Shown here in pieces: positions 1 to 11,954 of a DNA stretch of 64,000 nt. The position numbers and the translations under genes are program-made. How positions within the stretch are numbered: the first letter of the stretch is position 1; every line of letters begins with the position of its first letter. The DNA lies in assembly GCA_030390025.1 (NCBI GenBank), contig CM059433.1, positions 11,100,001-11,164,000 of the forward strand, in the 5' to 3' direction. The notes under the pieces were generated by a model. That model ran no database searches and was not told where the DNA came from. It was given only the letters and a program-made list of their open reading frames with translations. The DNA comes from Squalus acanthias. Taxonomy: Eukaryota.

Positions 1-113
1 ATAATCTGTTTTTGTTATGTTGGTTGAGGGATAAATATTGGCCAGGGACACCAGGGATAACTCCCCTGCTCTTCTTCAAAATAGTGCCATGGGATCTTTT
101 ACGTCCACCTGAG
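1..113 (-). mobile_element. Deu-domain SINE fragment (SacSINE1-like), cut by window edge
   Basis: Near-identical to the internal part of the full copies at 42400-42873 and 52140-52606 (gagggataaatattggccagg...gatcttttacgtccacctgag). Confidence 0.8.
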
Positions 114-144
114 TGGTACAATATTAAGTCATACAGATCAGAAT

Positions 145-907
145 GGGCCAGAAATTCAGCTTTCAGGCTTCCTGCGGGTGCAAGCATCGCGCGCGTACTT
201 GCCTACCGCGCCTGCAGTTGTGCTTTGGGCCCACGAGGACTTCGGGTCCTGGGCCTCCTCCAGATGCCGGCGCGCAGTGCTTGTGTATCCCAGGGGTGCA
301 GTTAGTTCGAAGAGTCCCCTGGGATCACGTGGGCCATGGAGAGCCAATCCTAGCAGGGCATTTTCATTCATAGATTTGACAGGAAGACCTGTCAAATCTA
401 TGAATAGAGATCGGCCCAAAAACCACACTTAAACTTCAAATAAATTTTAAAAAACGTCACATTTTTAAAATAACTATAAGTTAAATAAATTAACTACTTT
501 AAACAAAAATTAAAATTTTTGAAAAAATTAATTATACTTTGTAACGGTGCTAAAAATAAACTTACCTTTCTTTAAAGTATCTAAAAAAGATAAACCTGTT
601 GAAAATTTTTTTAAATTGTAATTAATTAACCACTTACCTTGTTAAAAACAGGCCTTGTGCCTCCTTTTTAAAAGCGCAGCTTCTTCATACTTACCTTCCC
701 GGAGAAACCTGAAAAAAAAATTGAAGTTCACTGCGTGCGTGCAGCCTCTCCCACGCACGCGTTCGACTTCTGAACCCCTCCCTTCAGGGGAACAGAAGTT
801 CCGGTTTCCCACGCATGTGCAGTGCATGCCGGAAACCGGCACTTCAAGTGGCCTTACGGGTGAGTACACAGCGCGTACTCCCCCGACAACAGCCGAATTT
901 CTGGCCC
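145..907. mobile_element. Harbinger-type MITE (family 1)
   Basis: 13-bp perfect TIR GGGCCAGAAATTC/GAATTTCTGGCCC, 3-bp TSD AAT (142-144, 908-910), non-coding AT-rich centre, internal 18-bp-stem palindrome at 366-405. Confidence 0.85.
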
Positions 908-977
908 AATGTTTTTGGTTCATTTTTTGTGTTGTTTTAATTGATTTCAAATCGGGACAGCAGGTAAGGTGCTCCAA

Positions 978-1100
978 TTGATCTCAGCATTCCAGCATTA
1001 GGGAGGGGGAAATCAGCCAGGATTCCCACTTCTGATTGCTAGCGTGTAAACTCTTCTGTTAGCGCATTCGTGTAGAAATCGGGTGAGGACAGAATTACCG
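978..1100 (+). mobile_element. Fragment of an old, unclassified tRNA-type SINE
   Basis: Similar to the reverse complement of 9620-9770 (gatctcag...aaatcagccagg...gtgaggacagaat). Confidence 0.5.
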
Positions 1101-1729
1101 GAAGGATGTGTTGGAATTTTACCCCAGCAAAGAGTCTTCAGGAGTGGCGAGGTGAGAGGAAAATTGATGAGGAAGAAACAGTATGAATGTTGGCAGACTG
1201 TTCAATTCTGAGGGCTTCACAATAACCGAGGCTTGTTGGCTCAGGGGGCATTGAACTTCCCTTACTGCTATCCCATCTGAGACCAGCTAGCCGAGGACAG
1301 ATCAGGGATTGAAGTGATCTATTTTTAATTTCTTAAGTGAAAATCCATTATTAAAAAGATGTCCTCCCATCTTTGGTAGACTAAATGACTCTGCAAAATA
1401 TTGCAAGTTTCTTTTAAGGGAACAAACTGCGAACTTTTTCAATGATATTTCGTCATTTCACTTCTCCGACCCATCATCTGCAATTGTAGAAAAATAGTTT
1501 TTAAAATAACATCGAAGTAAAGGAAGCTCCGTAAATGTTTCCATATGTAAGGACTGACGCTTTATTAGGCACTGTGTAACCCCAATTTGAACCTACAGAA
1601 AGGCTGCACACCTTACTTTGATTTCGTCCAAACTGAAGTGCGATTCAGTCACCTTATATCTCATCCTGTCTGACGAGGAAATCTGAGTGAACAGTGTCAC
1701 ATTTAAAAGCACGAAACTTGGACCAAGGC

Positions 1730-2130
1730 TACATAGGATTACATAGGATTACATGGGATATACGGCACAGAAACAGGCCATTCGGCCCAACCAGTCCATG
1801 CCGGCGTTTATGCTCCACTCGAGCCTCCTCCCGTCTTTCCTCATCTAAATCTATCAGCGTAACCCTCTATTCCCTTCTCCCTCATATGCTTATCTAGCCT
1901 CCCCTTAAATACATCTATACTATTCATTTCAACCACTCCCTGTGGTAGCGAGTTCCACATTCTCACCACTCTTTGGGTAAAGAAGTTTCTTCTGCATTCC
2001 CTATTGGATTTCTTGGTGTCTATCTTATATTGATGGCCTCCAATTATGCTCTTCCCCACAAGTGGAAACATTCTCTCTGTATCCACTCTATCAAAATCTT
2101 TGATAATTTTAAAAGACCTCTATTAGGTCA
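1730..2130 (-). mobile_element. CR1 LINE 3' fragment
   Basis: ORF2 C-terminus RRNFFTQRVVRMWNSLP, 3' UTR and (atcctatgt)n tail; same subfamily as 18734-19235. Confidence 0.9.
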
Positions 2131-2496
2131 ATCTGAGAGAACCTTAGAAAAGTCAAGAATAACGAAACTCAGCCATGTGGTTAGCTAAAGCTGCTTGTAT
2201 ATTGGGTTAGGGGCCGCTGGTTCCCAATGCACTGGTCTCAAGCAGCGAACAGCATCCCCAAAGTAAACTTGCCAGGTTCACTAAGGCTTATAGCTGGGAA
2301 GCCCGATTGTCACTGGATCTTCCCGGCAGCTGACCTCAACGAATCCAGCCCTTGATTTTGGGGTTGCACGATAGCTGCATGTTGGGAGCCAGTGGCGGGG
2401 ACTTGACCCGAGAGCAATATAGAAGCAGCTGATCTCTCCCATTGTTGAATCAGCTGCATTAGAAATCTCCAATGTTGATGTCTCAATCACCCCACC

Positions 2497-2710
2497 TCAT
2501 AGACTATTCCAGACATTTAGCACTTTTTGAGTATTGAAAATCTTCCCAATATCTGTGGTGCACTGATTCAGATCTAGGTCCTGTTTTCCCAGCTTGGTAG
2601 TTTCTCTTCTCTGCAGCCTCACGAATGCAGGTATTTGTCTTTTTGTGGTGTGGCGACCAGAATTAAACACAGTGCTCCAATTATAGTCTGACCTGTGCAT
2701 TGCAAGGTCC
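2497..2710 (-). mobile_element. Heavily decayed CR1 fragment
   Basis: Residual motifs FNTQKVLNVWNSL and a (L)EHCV.FWSPH-like nucleotide match. Confidence 0.55.
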
Positions 2711-3262
2711 CCACATAACCTCATTTATAATTGTTCACACCATCGCATACAAGTTTGTGTTTTCTTGCTTCTTTGGAAAAGTTGGACTTAAATAAAGATA
2801 TTCTTTGAGGCAAAATATAGTTGTCCTTCAGCACATTAAAGTAATGCTTGAGTATTTCTGCATCTCCCACTTCCCCGGGATTTCTCCAGGTTTGTGTTGA
2901 CATCTATAAACCACAATGGAGGGGCAATTTTTCACCATTGTGGAACAATCGAATCTCAGTAAATTATCTCATAAAATGTATTGCTGTTTTACTGCAGTGA
3001 TGTTTCCTAATGTGTTGTCAGCCCAGCGTAAGAGTGCAAAGTGTCAGACATTACATACAATTGATTTCAACTCAATTTTTTAATACTTACTTCTGTTTGC
3101 TCAAGTATTCTGGCATTTCATCATGTAGATCCCTCCCCCAAAAAATGATTGATGCAGATAGGACAATCAGCCGTGGAAGTCAATGCCTCATGGTGCTCAG
3201 GATTCTCTGCTGATTAAAATGAAGCACTGAAAAAATCAGCAGTGCTGCGAACCACGTAAAAA

Positions 3263-3365
3263 GGAAGAATGACTTGCATTTATCTCCTGCCTTTCACAAC
3301 CTCAGGACAAAGCGCTTTAAAGCCAGTGAGGTACTTTTGAAGTGTAGCTACTGTTGTAATAGAGG
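3263..3365 (-). mobile_element. Deu-SINE 3' tail fragment
   Basis: gacttgcatttat...agcgcttta...gaagtgtag...ctgttgtaat matches the tail of 42400-42873. Confidence 0.6.
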
Positions 3366-3712
3366 AACACTGACTATGGGGAGAAGAGCTAGTTAAATTT
3401 ACCCTTACTTGCCCTGAGAAGGTCTCCTGTATTCGCCATCTTTCTATATTGTAGAGCTTGAGTTACTTCACTGTTTCCTTATCACCCATCCCCTTCAGAC
3501 TTGGGACCAATCTGACTGTTCTTCACGATACTCAGTCGGAGAATAGCTTGAGGCCAGTGGAGCCTTGAAGAGGAATTTATATATTTTATTTAATTACAAT
3601 AATAAAGTAGGAAAGGAAGCTATATTGTGTCATGTTCATCCCTTACGTCGCTTTAAGGGAAGTACATTCATTTTGATAGCTATATAATTGTAAATTTATA
3701 AAGAAAGCTATA

Positions 3713-4122
3713 CAGAAAGAATTTCAATTTATCTCGCGCTTTTCATGACCTTAGATCATCCCAAAGCACTTCACAGTCAATGAACTACTTTTGAAGTATA
3801 GTCTCTGTTGTTATAATATAGGGAAACATGCCAACCAATTTCTGAACAGCAAGGTCCCACAAACAGCAAAGAGATAAATGACCAGATAATCTGGTTTTGA
3901 TGGTATTAATTGAGGGAGAACTCCCCTGTTGTACTCATGGGATTTTTTACGTCCACCTGAGAAGACAGACAGGGCCTTGGTTCCAAAAGACAGCACCTGC
4001 GACAATGCAGCACTCCATCAGTACTGTATTGCAGTGCCAGTCTGGATGATGTCCTCTCGGGAGTAGGGTTTAAACCTACTACCTTCTGACTCAGAGGTGA
4101 GGCTGCTGCCACTGAGCCAAGA
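3713..4122 (-). mobile_element. Deu-domain SINE, diverged copy
   Basis: Colinear with 42400-42873 from tail to tRNA-like head (ccactgagcca). Confidence 0.75.
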
Positions 4123-4144
4123 CTGCCACCTTTACAACCATAAT

Positions 4145-4335
4145 CGAAAGTGCTCGTGTGTGGACTTTGGGGGAGGATAGACACAGAGGCTCGACTGTGA
4201 TGTTCTTCCATAATTGAGTAACCAGCTCACCTTCACTACTCAGGCTCACACATGAAGAATGGTCAATTGAATGAGGGACCAGCGGGCTGCCAGCACCTGT
4301 GAAACAGTCCTCCAGCACGATTCACCATTTTCAGT
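4145..4335 (+). mobile_element. Old unclassified SINE, 3' half
   Basis: Reverse-complement match to 8925-9062 joined to 9615-9670. Confidence 0.55.
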
Positions 4336-4564
4336 GTACATAACTGGTGTTTCTCAGCCTTTGCTAAATGCTTTAAAACCACTAGTCACAGGTATCGAAA
4401 TAAATGTTACAAATGATTCCCCAACACTTGCTTATGTCACTCGGTAAACTACCTTTCTGCGCATTTCCAGATACTAACACAGAACTTTCTACCACCAGGG
4501 CAGTTGTCAGAAGGGCAACTGTGGCTGGTCTGTGATCTTGAAAATCTACAAGGCTGTAAAAATG

Positions 4565-5634
4565 CATACGAGATCCTTGGCTTTATAAATAGATGCATAG
4601 GGCTGGATTTTCATTGACCCATGGAGGCGGGTTTGGAGGCGTGTGGGGGGGTTAAAATTGCGAAAACTGGTGGGTGGGCACAAGTCCGCCTCCATCCCGC
4701 CTCCACGCAATTTTCATGAAATCGTGTCTGCTGGTCCCGACTGCGTCCCGTCTCTCTCTCTCTCTCTAAAAATATCTGGGAGCAGACTTAGAGCTGCTGC
4801 TCATTTTGCATCCAGGTCCTCTCACAGCAAAGGCCAGGCAGTCTCTGAAGACCTTCAATGCAGCAGCAATGATGACATCATCAGAGGCGACTTTCAGACT
4901 GAAAACACTAATTGGTTCATGGGTTCCCACATGCTGGAACTCAATTGCCCAATTAGGTGAAAATTGCATCAATCCCCCACATCCAATTGCAGTCGGGTGG
5001 ATAACACGAAAAGCGGATGACACGACCCCAACCCGACCCATATCAAAATCCAGCCCATAGAGTAAAAAAGCAAAGAAGTTATGCTGAACCTTTATAAATC
5101 ACTGGTTAGCCCTCAGCTGGAGTATTGTGTCCAATTCTGGTCACCACACTTTAGCAAGGATGTCAATGCCTTGGAGAGGGTGCAGAGGAGATTTCCTAGA
5201 ATGGTACCGGGGTTGAGGAACTTCAGTTATGTGGAGTGACTAGAAAAGCTGGGATTGTTCTCCTTACAGCAGAGAAGGTTAAGGGGAGATTTGATAGAGG
5301 TGTTCAAAATTATGAATGGTTTTGATAGAGAAGATAGGGAGAAACTGTTTCCACTGGCAGGAGGGTCGGTAACCAGAGGACACAGATTTAAGATAATTAG
5401 CAAAAGAAGCAGAGGGGAAATAAGGAAACAATTTTTTACACAGCGAGTTGTTATGATCCGAAATGCACTGCCTGAAAGGGTGGTGGAAGCAGATTCAATA
5501 GTAACTTTCAAAAGGAAATTTGGATATATACTTGAAAAGGAAAACTTTTCACAGCTATGGGGAAAGAGAAGGGCATTGGGACTAATTGGATAGCTCTTTC
5601 AAAGAGCCGGCACAGGCATATTGGGCTGAGTGGT
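4565..5634 (+). mobile_element. CR1 LINE 3' fragment, interrupted by a MITE at 4600-5056 and truncated by the LTR at 5635
   Basis: ILGFINR.IE / LEYCVQFWSPHF / QRRLRGDLIEVFKI / FFTQRVV motifs. Confidence 0.9.
4600..5056. mobile_element. Harbinger-type MITE
   Basis: 12-bp perfect TIR GGGCTGGATTTT/AAAATCCAGCCC; TSD ATA (4597-4599, 5057-5059); removing the element and one TSD restores the CR1 sequence. Confidence 0.92.
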
Positions 5635-6841
5635 TGAAGGGATAATTACCAGTCCTAGCCCTTTTCGGGCTACCCCAGATCAGGCGTATTCCCCAGACAT
5701 TCACCTTCAACTAAAGTTAGAGATAGCCGAATCCTAGAAGACGCTTAATTGGGTCTAAAGGTCAGACTATCTCTCCCTGAAGGAAAGAAATTACCTGAAG
5801 CTGTTACCATCCTCCAGATAGCACTTTTAACAAGTTTAACTAGACTGTAACCTTCCGGATATTATGAGGGTCCGGAAAACCCCCCAGAATTCTGCAACTC
5901 CTTACAAAAGAGTGTACAGAAATTGAGTTCGCGAGATTGATACAGAAATACTCTGTGAGACAATTTTAAAAATATATAGATTTATTAAAGAACTGACATG
6001 TAGTTAACAGCTTTTGATTTCAATCGCAACTTTAACAGTCCAAAATACAAATAGCTTACATTTCTTATCAGAGATCCTTATTCTCAAATCTTAACTTCGT
6101 TACATTTCCACACTTCTACTTATTCTTAATCCAGAATATCCACCAAAATCAAATACCTTGATTACCCGAGACTCAAAGAGTTGTAGGCCTACAGAGTGGT
6201 TCTGAAGGTGAGAATCGCTCTGCTCCTTCCAGCGACTTCTGACTTTCTATCTGAAAAGCTCTATTTTTATACCTTTTTTTAGTGGTTTATCCTTTGAAGT
6301 TTTCTGCTGATGTAAGCTAATTATCTCTAGCCATACCTCTATTCGTACTGTTAATTCAGCTGTTAGCTTTCAGAATTCTGTCTCTGTATAGGTGTTTCAA
6401 AAACTTATTATATAAAATAGTTATTACAGATTTATCTCTTTGATGCCATTCTTTCGAAGGTCTTCAATTCAATTCTTAATATCGGCTTAACTGCTTGTAT
6501 TTCAGACTTCTCGTCTCCTTGTGTTCCAAGTTCAACACATAAACAATGTGATTGCTTGGTACATCTATTGATGTAATATTTTCAAAGTGTTCTGTTGTGT
6601 ACCTTTGCAATATGTAAATCAAAACCACTTCAACCAGGGTGTTTGTTTTCCTAGCCATCTTAGTTGGTTATATATATAATCGTGTTTCCTGTTTCATTTG
6701 ATGTTACTTTTACAAAGGCACATGGTTTTTTAATGTTCTGTGTTTCTGTTCGACATGTTAGCTTTTAACACTTTACTTGGGCATTGCTATTGTGTTGGTT
6801 CCAAACTACAGACTCCTTGGAACCAACTCTTTGCTTCTTCA
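5635..6841 (-). mobile_element. Solo LTR (~1.2 kb)
   Basis: TGAAG...CTTCA inverted termini; minus-strand TATA (~6262-6272) and AATAAA (~5981-5986); R/U5 homologous to 23294-24438; no clean TSD. Confidence 0.75.
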
Positions 6842-7491
6842 ATGCTGGCCTTCATTACAAGATGATTTGAGTACAGGAGTAAAGAAGTCTTACTCCAATT
6901 ATATAGGGCCTTGGTGAGACCACACCTGGAGTACTGTGTACAATTTCGGTCTCCTTACCTAAGGAAGGATATACTTGCCATAGAGGGAGTGCAACAAAGG
7001 TTCACAAGATTGATTTCTGGTATGGCGGGACTGTCGTTTGAGAAGAGATTGAGTAAACTAGGCCTGTATTCTCTTGAATTCAGAAGAATGAGAGGGGATC
7101 TCATTGAAGCATACTAAATTATTACAGGGCTTGATAGGGTGGATGCTGGGAGAATGTTTCCCTTGGCTGGGGAGTCTAGAACCAGTGGGCCACAGTCTCA
7201 GGATAAAGGATAGGCCATTCAGGACTGAGATGAGAAGAAATTTCTTCACACAGAGGGTGGTGAATCTTTGGAATTCTCTACCCCAGAGGGTTGTGGAGGC
7301 TCAGTCATTGGGTATATTCAAAGCAGAAGTCGATAGATTTCTGACTAGTAAAGACATCAAGGGATATGGCGATAGGGCCGGTGAATGGAGTTGAGGCAGA
7401 AGATCAGCCATGCTCTCGTTGAATGGCGGAGCAGGCTCGAAGGGCCGAATGGCCTACTCCTGCTCCTATTTCTTATGTTCTTATGTTCTTA
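6842..7491 (+). mobile_element. CR1 LINE 3' fragment
   Basis: LVRPHLEYCVQF, RRMRGDLIE, RNFFTQRVVNLWNSLP; 3' UTR and (ttcttatg)n tail; stops and frameshift. Confidence 0.93.
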
Positions 7492-7516
7492 TTTGCGCTT
7501 CCCATTGGCTCAGTTT

Positions 7517-8228
7517 CAAAGAGTGTGCAGGGACAGAGGGACCTGAGAGTTAATGTGCATAGGTCCCTGAAGGTGGCAGGACATATTAAGAGAGTGGTTA
7601 GCAAAGCATATGGGATCTTGGGCTTCATAAATAGAGGTATTGAGTACAAAAGTAGAGAAGTTATGCTGAACCTTTATAAAGCTCTGGTTAGCAGTTCTGG
7701 TCACCACACTTTAGGAAGGATGTGAAGGCCCTTGAGAGGGTGTAGAGGAGATTTACCAGAATGGTTCCGGGAATGGGGGATCTCAGCTACAAGGGCAGGT
7801 TGGAGAAGCTGGATTTGTTTTCATTAGAGCAAAGGAGGTTGAGGGGTGATTTGATAGAGGTGTACAAGATTATGACGGGTTTGGATAGGCTAGACAGGGA
7901 AAGGCTGTTCCCACTAGTAGATGGTACAAGAACTAGGGGACACAGATTTAAGGTTTTGGGCAAGAGATACAGGGGGGATGTGAAGAAAAAGTTTTTTACG
8001 CAGCGAGTGGTGATGACCTGGAACTCGCTGCCGACGGAAGTGCTGGAAGCGGAGACACTCAATGTTTTCAAGGGGAGACTGGATAGGCACTGGAGGGAAA
8101 TAAACTTGCAGGGCTACGGGGATAGAGCGGGGGAATGGGACTGACTGGATTGCTCTACAGAGAGCCGGCACGGACTCGACGGGCTGAATGCCCTCCTTCT
8201 GTGCCGTTATGACTCTATGACTCTATGA
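7517..8228 (+). mobile_element. CR1 LINE 3' fragment (atgactct-tail subfamily)
   Basis: QRDL.V.VH.SLK, QRRLRGDLIEVYKI, FFTQRVVMTWNSLP; same subfamily as 39826-40344. Confidence 0.92.
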
Positions 8229-8229
8229 T

Positions 8230-8630
8230 AACGGCGCAAAATCGACTGCAGGGATCTCCTGCGGGTGTCCACGCATTCGGCGGGGGTGAGAATCAGGGGC
8301 GGGGGCAGGCCTAAGATTTCCTTGTGGGGCCCTGGAGGAGCATTCTTCCAAGGCCCCGTAAGGAAATAAAAAAATAATTCAAATTTACCTTTTTGGGCCT
8401 TTTCTGGCTCTGATCCACTCCCGCGCTGGGCTAGCCTAGCGAGAAAGTGACTGCCTTTTCCTGCTCACGCCCTCGAGTGAAAATTGCAGTCGTGTCCCAA
8501 TGATATTATCAGGACCCGACTTGCATATGCTAAGAAGGACCCCGCAGGCTTTGGGCGGGTGTCTTGGCCAGTGCGGGTGAGTGACCTGGGCATTTTAACT
8601 GCCCACCGGGCTGGTAGAGTTCAAACACTC
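8230..8630. mobile_element. Partial GC-rich MITE-like DNA-transposon remnant
   Basis: GCGGG/CCCGC-rich arms with a central AT tract, like the Harbinger MITEs; TIR pair not confirmed. Confidence 0.4.
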
Positions 8631-8919
8631 CCATTATTACTATGCTTAGTATGTTCTGCTAAGTGTGTGCAAAACCTTGACTTCCCTGAGTGAAGAATAG
8701 AGGGCCAGCTTTCAGAGACATCGCTCTTTTGGTATCACAGGGCAATCGGCACATTCTATCACTGAGGCACTCAGACGCATCAACCTCCACTTAGCTTCCC
8801 CCATGGACAAGTGGTAACCATGAACTGTCATCGGATAATCAGAGATCAGGTGCCCTTCACTTAAACAGTCAGGAATTGAGTACCCCCACCAAACTACCAA
8901 TTACACAAATTCTTTTCTT

Positions 8920-9905
8920 CCAATTTCATTTTCTCTTCTGGAAACATTGAGTCGTGTTGGAGGACAGTTTCGCAAGTGCTGGCAGCCCAGTGGCCCCTCT
9001 CCTGATTGATCAGCCTTCATGCGTGAGCCTGAGCAGTCAAGGTAAGGAGGTTACTGCACCATGCACAATTTTGGTCTCCTTACCTAAGGAAGGATGTACT
9101 TGCCACAGAGGGAGTGCAACCAAGGTTCACGAGATTGATTCCTGGTATGGCGGGACTGTCGTATGAGAAGAGATTGAGTAAACTAGGCCTGTATTCTCTT
9201 GAATTCAGAAGAATGAAAGGGGATCTCATTGAAGCATACAAAATTATTACAGGGCTTGATAGGGTGGATGCTGGGAGAATGTTTCCCTTGGCTGGGGAGT
9301 CTAGAACCAGGGGCCACAGCCTCAGGATAAAGGGTAGGCCATTCAGGACTGAGATGAGAAGAAATTTCTTCACACAGAGGGTGGTAAATCTTTGGAATTC
9401 TCTACCCCAGAGGGCTGTGGAGGCTCAGTCATTGGGTATATTCAAAACAGAAGTCGATAGATTTCTGACTAGTAAAGGCATCAAGGGATATGGCGATAGG
9501 GCCGGTGCATGGAGTTGAGGTAGAAGATCAGCCATGATCTCATTGAATGCAGAGCAGGCTCGAAGGGCCGAATGGCCTACTCCTGCTCCTATTTTTTAGA
9601 TTCTTATATTCTTATGGGAGAGTATCACAGTCGAGACTGATTCTGTCCTCACTCAGAGCCCACACATGAGCTCTTTCCGTCAGGGTCACTTGACATTGAT
9701 CAGGAATCCGAACCCTGGATGATTTTTGCCCCCACCCCCCCTTCCTTAGCCCAGAGATACTGAGATCAATTGAATCACCGCTAGTGCTATCACACCTGAG
9801 ATCAACCAACTTATCATAGACTAAGAATTGAACCTGGGATCATGCTCGTCTGTATCGATCGCTACCGTACCAAAATGTGAATTTGACCATTGACCCTTCA
9901 GGGGA
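8920..9905 (-). mobile_element. Old unclassified tRNA-type SINE split by a CR1 insertion
   Basis: The two halves join to match 4145-4335 and 25610-25900; minus-strand B-box-like GGTTCAATT near 9826-9834. Confidence 0.55.
9063..9614 (+). mobile_element. CR1 LINE 3' fragment
   Basis: ORF 9114-9518 RFTRLIPGM...RNFFTQRVVNLWNSLP plus UTR; near-identical to 6842-7491. Confidence 0.93.
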
Positions 9906-10107
9906 GTCCATACAAATATTTTCTAAAAGATAAATTTATAATATAAAGCTTCCAGCCACTGATGTCCTCTGATAAGTGTCACAACAGCAGGAAATTCTGT
10001 GACAAGATCTGGATTTAGTATTATGTGTAAACGAAAGGTAGTTTAGCCCCTCTAGATGGCAGTTATTTATTTATTACAAATTTTGTGCACATCAAGATGA
10101 GGGATAT

Positions 10108-10195
10108 CACCTTCCAGGTGAAACAGCGATTTACTTGCACTTTTTTCAATTTAGTATATTGTGTTCGCTGCTCACGAAGCGGTCTTCTCTACATT
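10108..10195 (+). mobile_element. Penelope-like element fragment, N-terminal part of the GIY-YIG endonuclease
   Basis: TFQVKQRFTCTFFNLVYCVRCSRSGLLYI matches the PLE FTC..N(L/V)VY.I.C..C..LYIG motif. Confidence 0.7.
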
Positions 10196-10585
10196 CACTC
10201 CCTTCACCACCGGCGTACCGTGGCTGCAGTGTGTACCATCTACAAGATGCACTGCAGCAACTCACCAAGGCTTCTTCGGCAGCACCTCCAAAACCCGCGA
10301 CCTCTTCCACCCAGAAGGACAAGGGTAGCAGGCCCATGGGAACACCACCACCTCCAAGTTCCCCTCCAAGTCACACACCATCCTGGAAATGTATCGCCGT
10401 TCCTTCATCGTCGCTGGGTCAAAATACTGGAACTCCCTCCCTAACAGCTCTGTGGGAGCACCTTCACTACATGGATGGCAGTGGTTGAAGACGGCTCACC
10501 ACCACCTTCCCAAGGGCAATTAGGGATGGGCAATAAATGTTGGCCTTGCCAGTGACGCCCACATCCCAGGAACGAATAATAATAA
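10195..10585 (+). mobile_element. Non-LTR retrotransposon 3' end (CR1/L2 group, distinct family)
   Basis: HSLHHRRTVAAVCTIYKMH... C-terminus; 3' UTR shared with 62775-63720. Confidence 0.75.
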
Positions 10586-11496
10586 AAAAATATCCTGAGA
10601 GGCATAATGCTGTATAAATGCAACATCCTTTTTTCTATTTCTTCCTTGCGGTGTGTCACCATCAATCACTTCCAGGTCAGGTGTAGCATCTTTCGAGGCA
10701 GAGAAATGTTTCTTCTACTCTCCGCCCCGACAATGTGCCTCAGGCCTAACCTGAGAAGAACATCCCACAGTACACCAGAGTGACGATTTCCCAACGGCCA
10801 CCATCCTATGACCGGCAGGGAGAGGAGCCTTTCATCCCGGCAGCTTTTAAAACCTGAACCCAGGGCAGCTCAGCTTACCAGACAGCACATGGGAATTCCA
10901 TTATGTCTCACATCACTTCAAAGATAATATTAGCCACACCAAACATTTTCATAACAGACTGAACTATTAAACAGGTTTATTCACAAGAGTTATTTACAGA
11001 AGCAAGATATTAAAATCTGTCCAAAAACACAAGTTTGGGGCCAGCTCGTGAAACTGGCAAAGCAGTCAGAAAAAATTCTTAGAGGTGCTTCCTTGCAGGA
11101 TTTGGGATTAAACAAATATTTTTTTGGAGAAAGGTAGCAGCCTGACTCCTTAAGCAAATCAACACAATACAGTCTTTGCACGACTTACATCTGTGCGTGC
11201 CCATAGAGCTGTGTTCTGTCCCTGGGCCTCATGGCTAGACAAAACTCAACTGCTGATACATGAATTACGTGGTATTTTTATACTTATAAAGCCCTTTGAA
11301 GGTAGGTACTGGCAACATGTGGTGTTTGATCTGAATAGTAAATGTGTAATGTCTGCGTTTTAGGCCGATGCTACAATTGGATGATCCCTGAATCAAAGCT
11401 AGCTGCCTTCCTGATTGCATTAAGCGATTATTTCTAGCGGTGTGTCATCTTTACTGATATTATGATTAAACAGTACTTACACATTAAACACAACCT

Positions 11497-11936
11497 GGGA
11501 TCTATTTTGACTTTGGGGCGGAGCGTGCTGGTCGAAGTTTCCCCCCCTCCCCCCCCCCCACCCCCCCCACCCATGATTTTGAGGTCAGGCCTCATGAACA
11601 CTTGCCAGGCAAGCTGCGGGTCGCCAAAAAGAACTCACCAGATTTGGCAAAGGATCATGAGGGTGGAGGTCCCGCGGTGGCAGCGGCCCAGGTTATACTT
11701 GTCGGCCTCGCAGGTGCACTTCTGCTCCTCCGGGGTCCACATAAATAGCTCGACCCATCCCTTTGGTGGGTCTTTTCTCCTGCGTCGCCCTGAATCAGGC
11801 GGGCGCATTGGACACCCAGATGTAGGCCCCTTTTAAAATGCCGCCGGCCGCATCACCGGCGTTAACAGAGCCGCCAAGGCCACCCAGCCCATTTTGAGGC
11901 CGTCAACACCAGGCAAGAGGAGTCAAAATCAACCCC
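11497..11936. mobile_element. Harbinger-type MITE, diverged
   Basis: Imperfect TIR GGGATCTATTTTGACT / AGTCAAAATCAACCCC. Confidence 0.6.
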
Positions 11937-11954
11937 TTTTGTTTCCGACACTCT

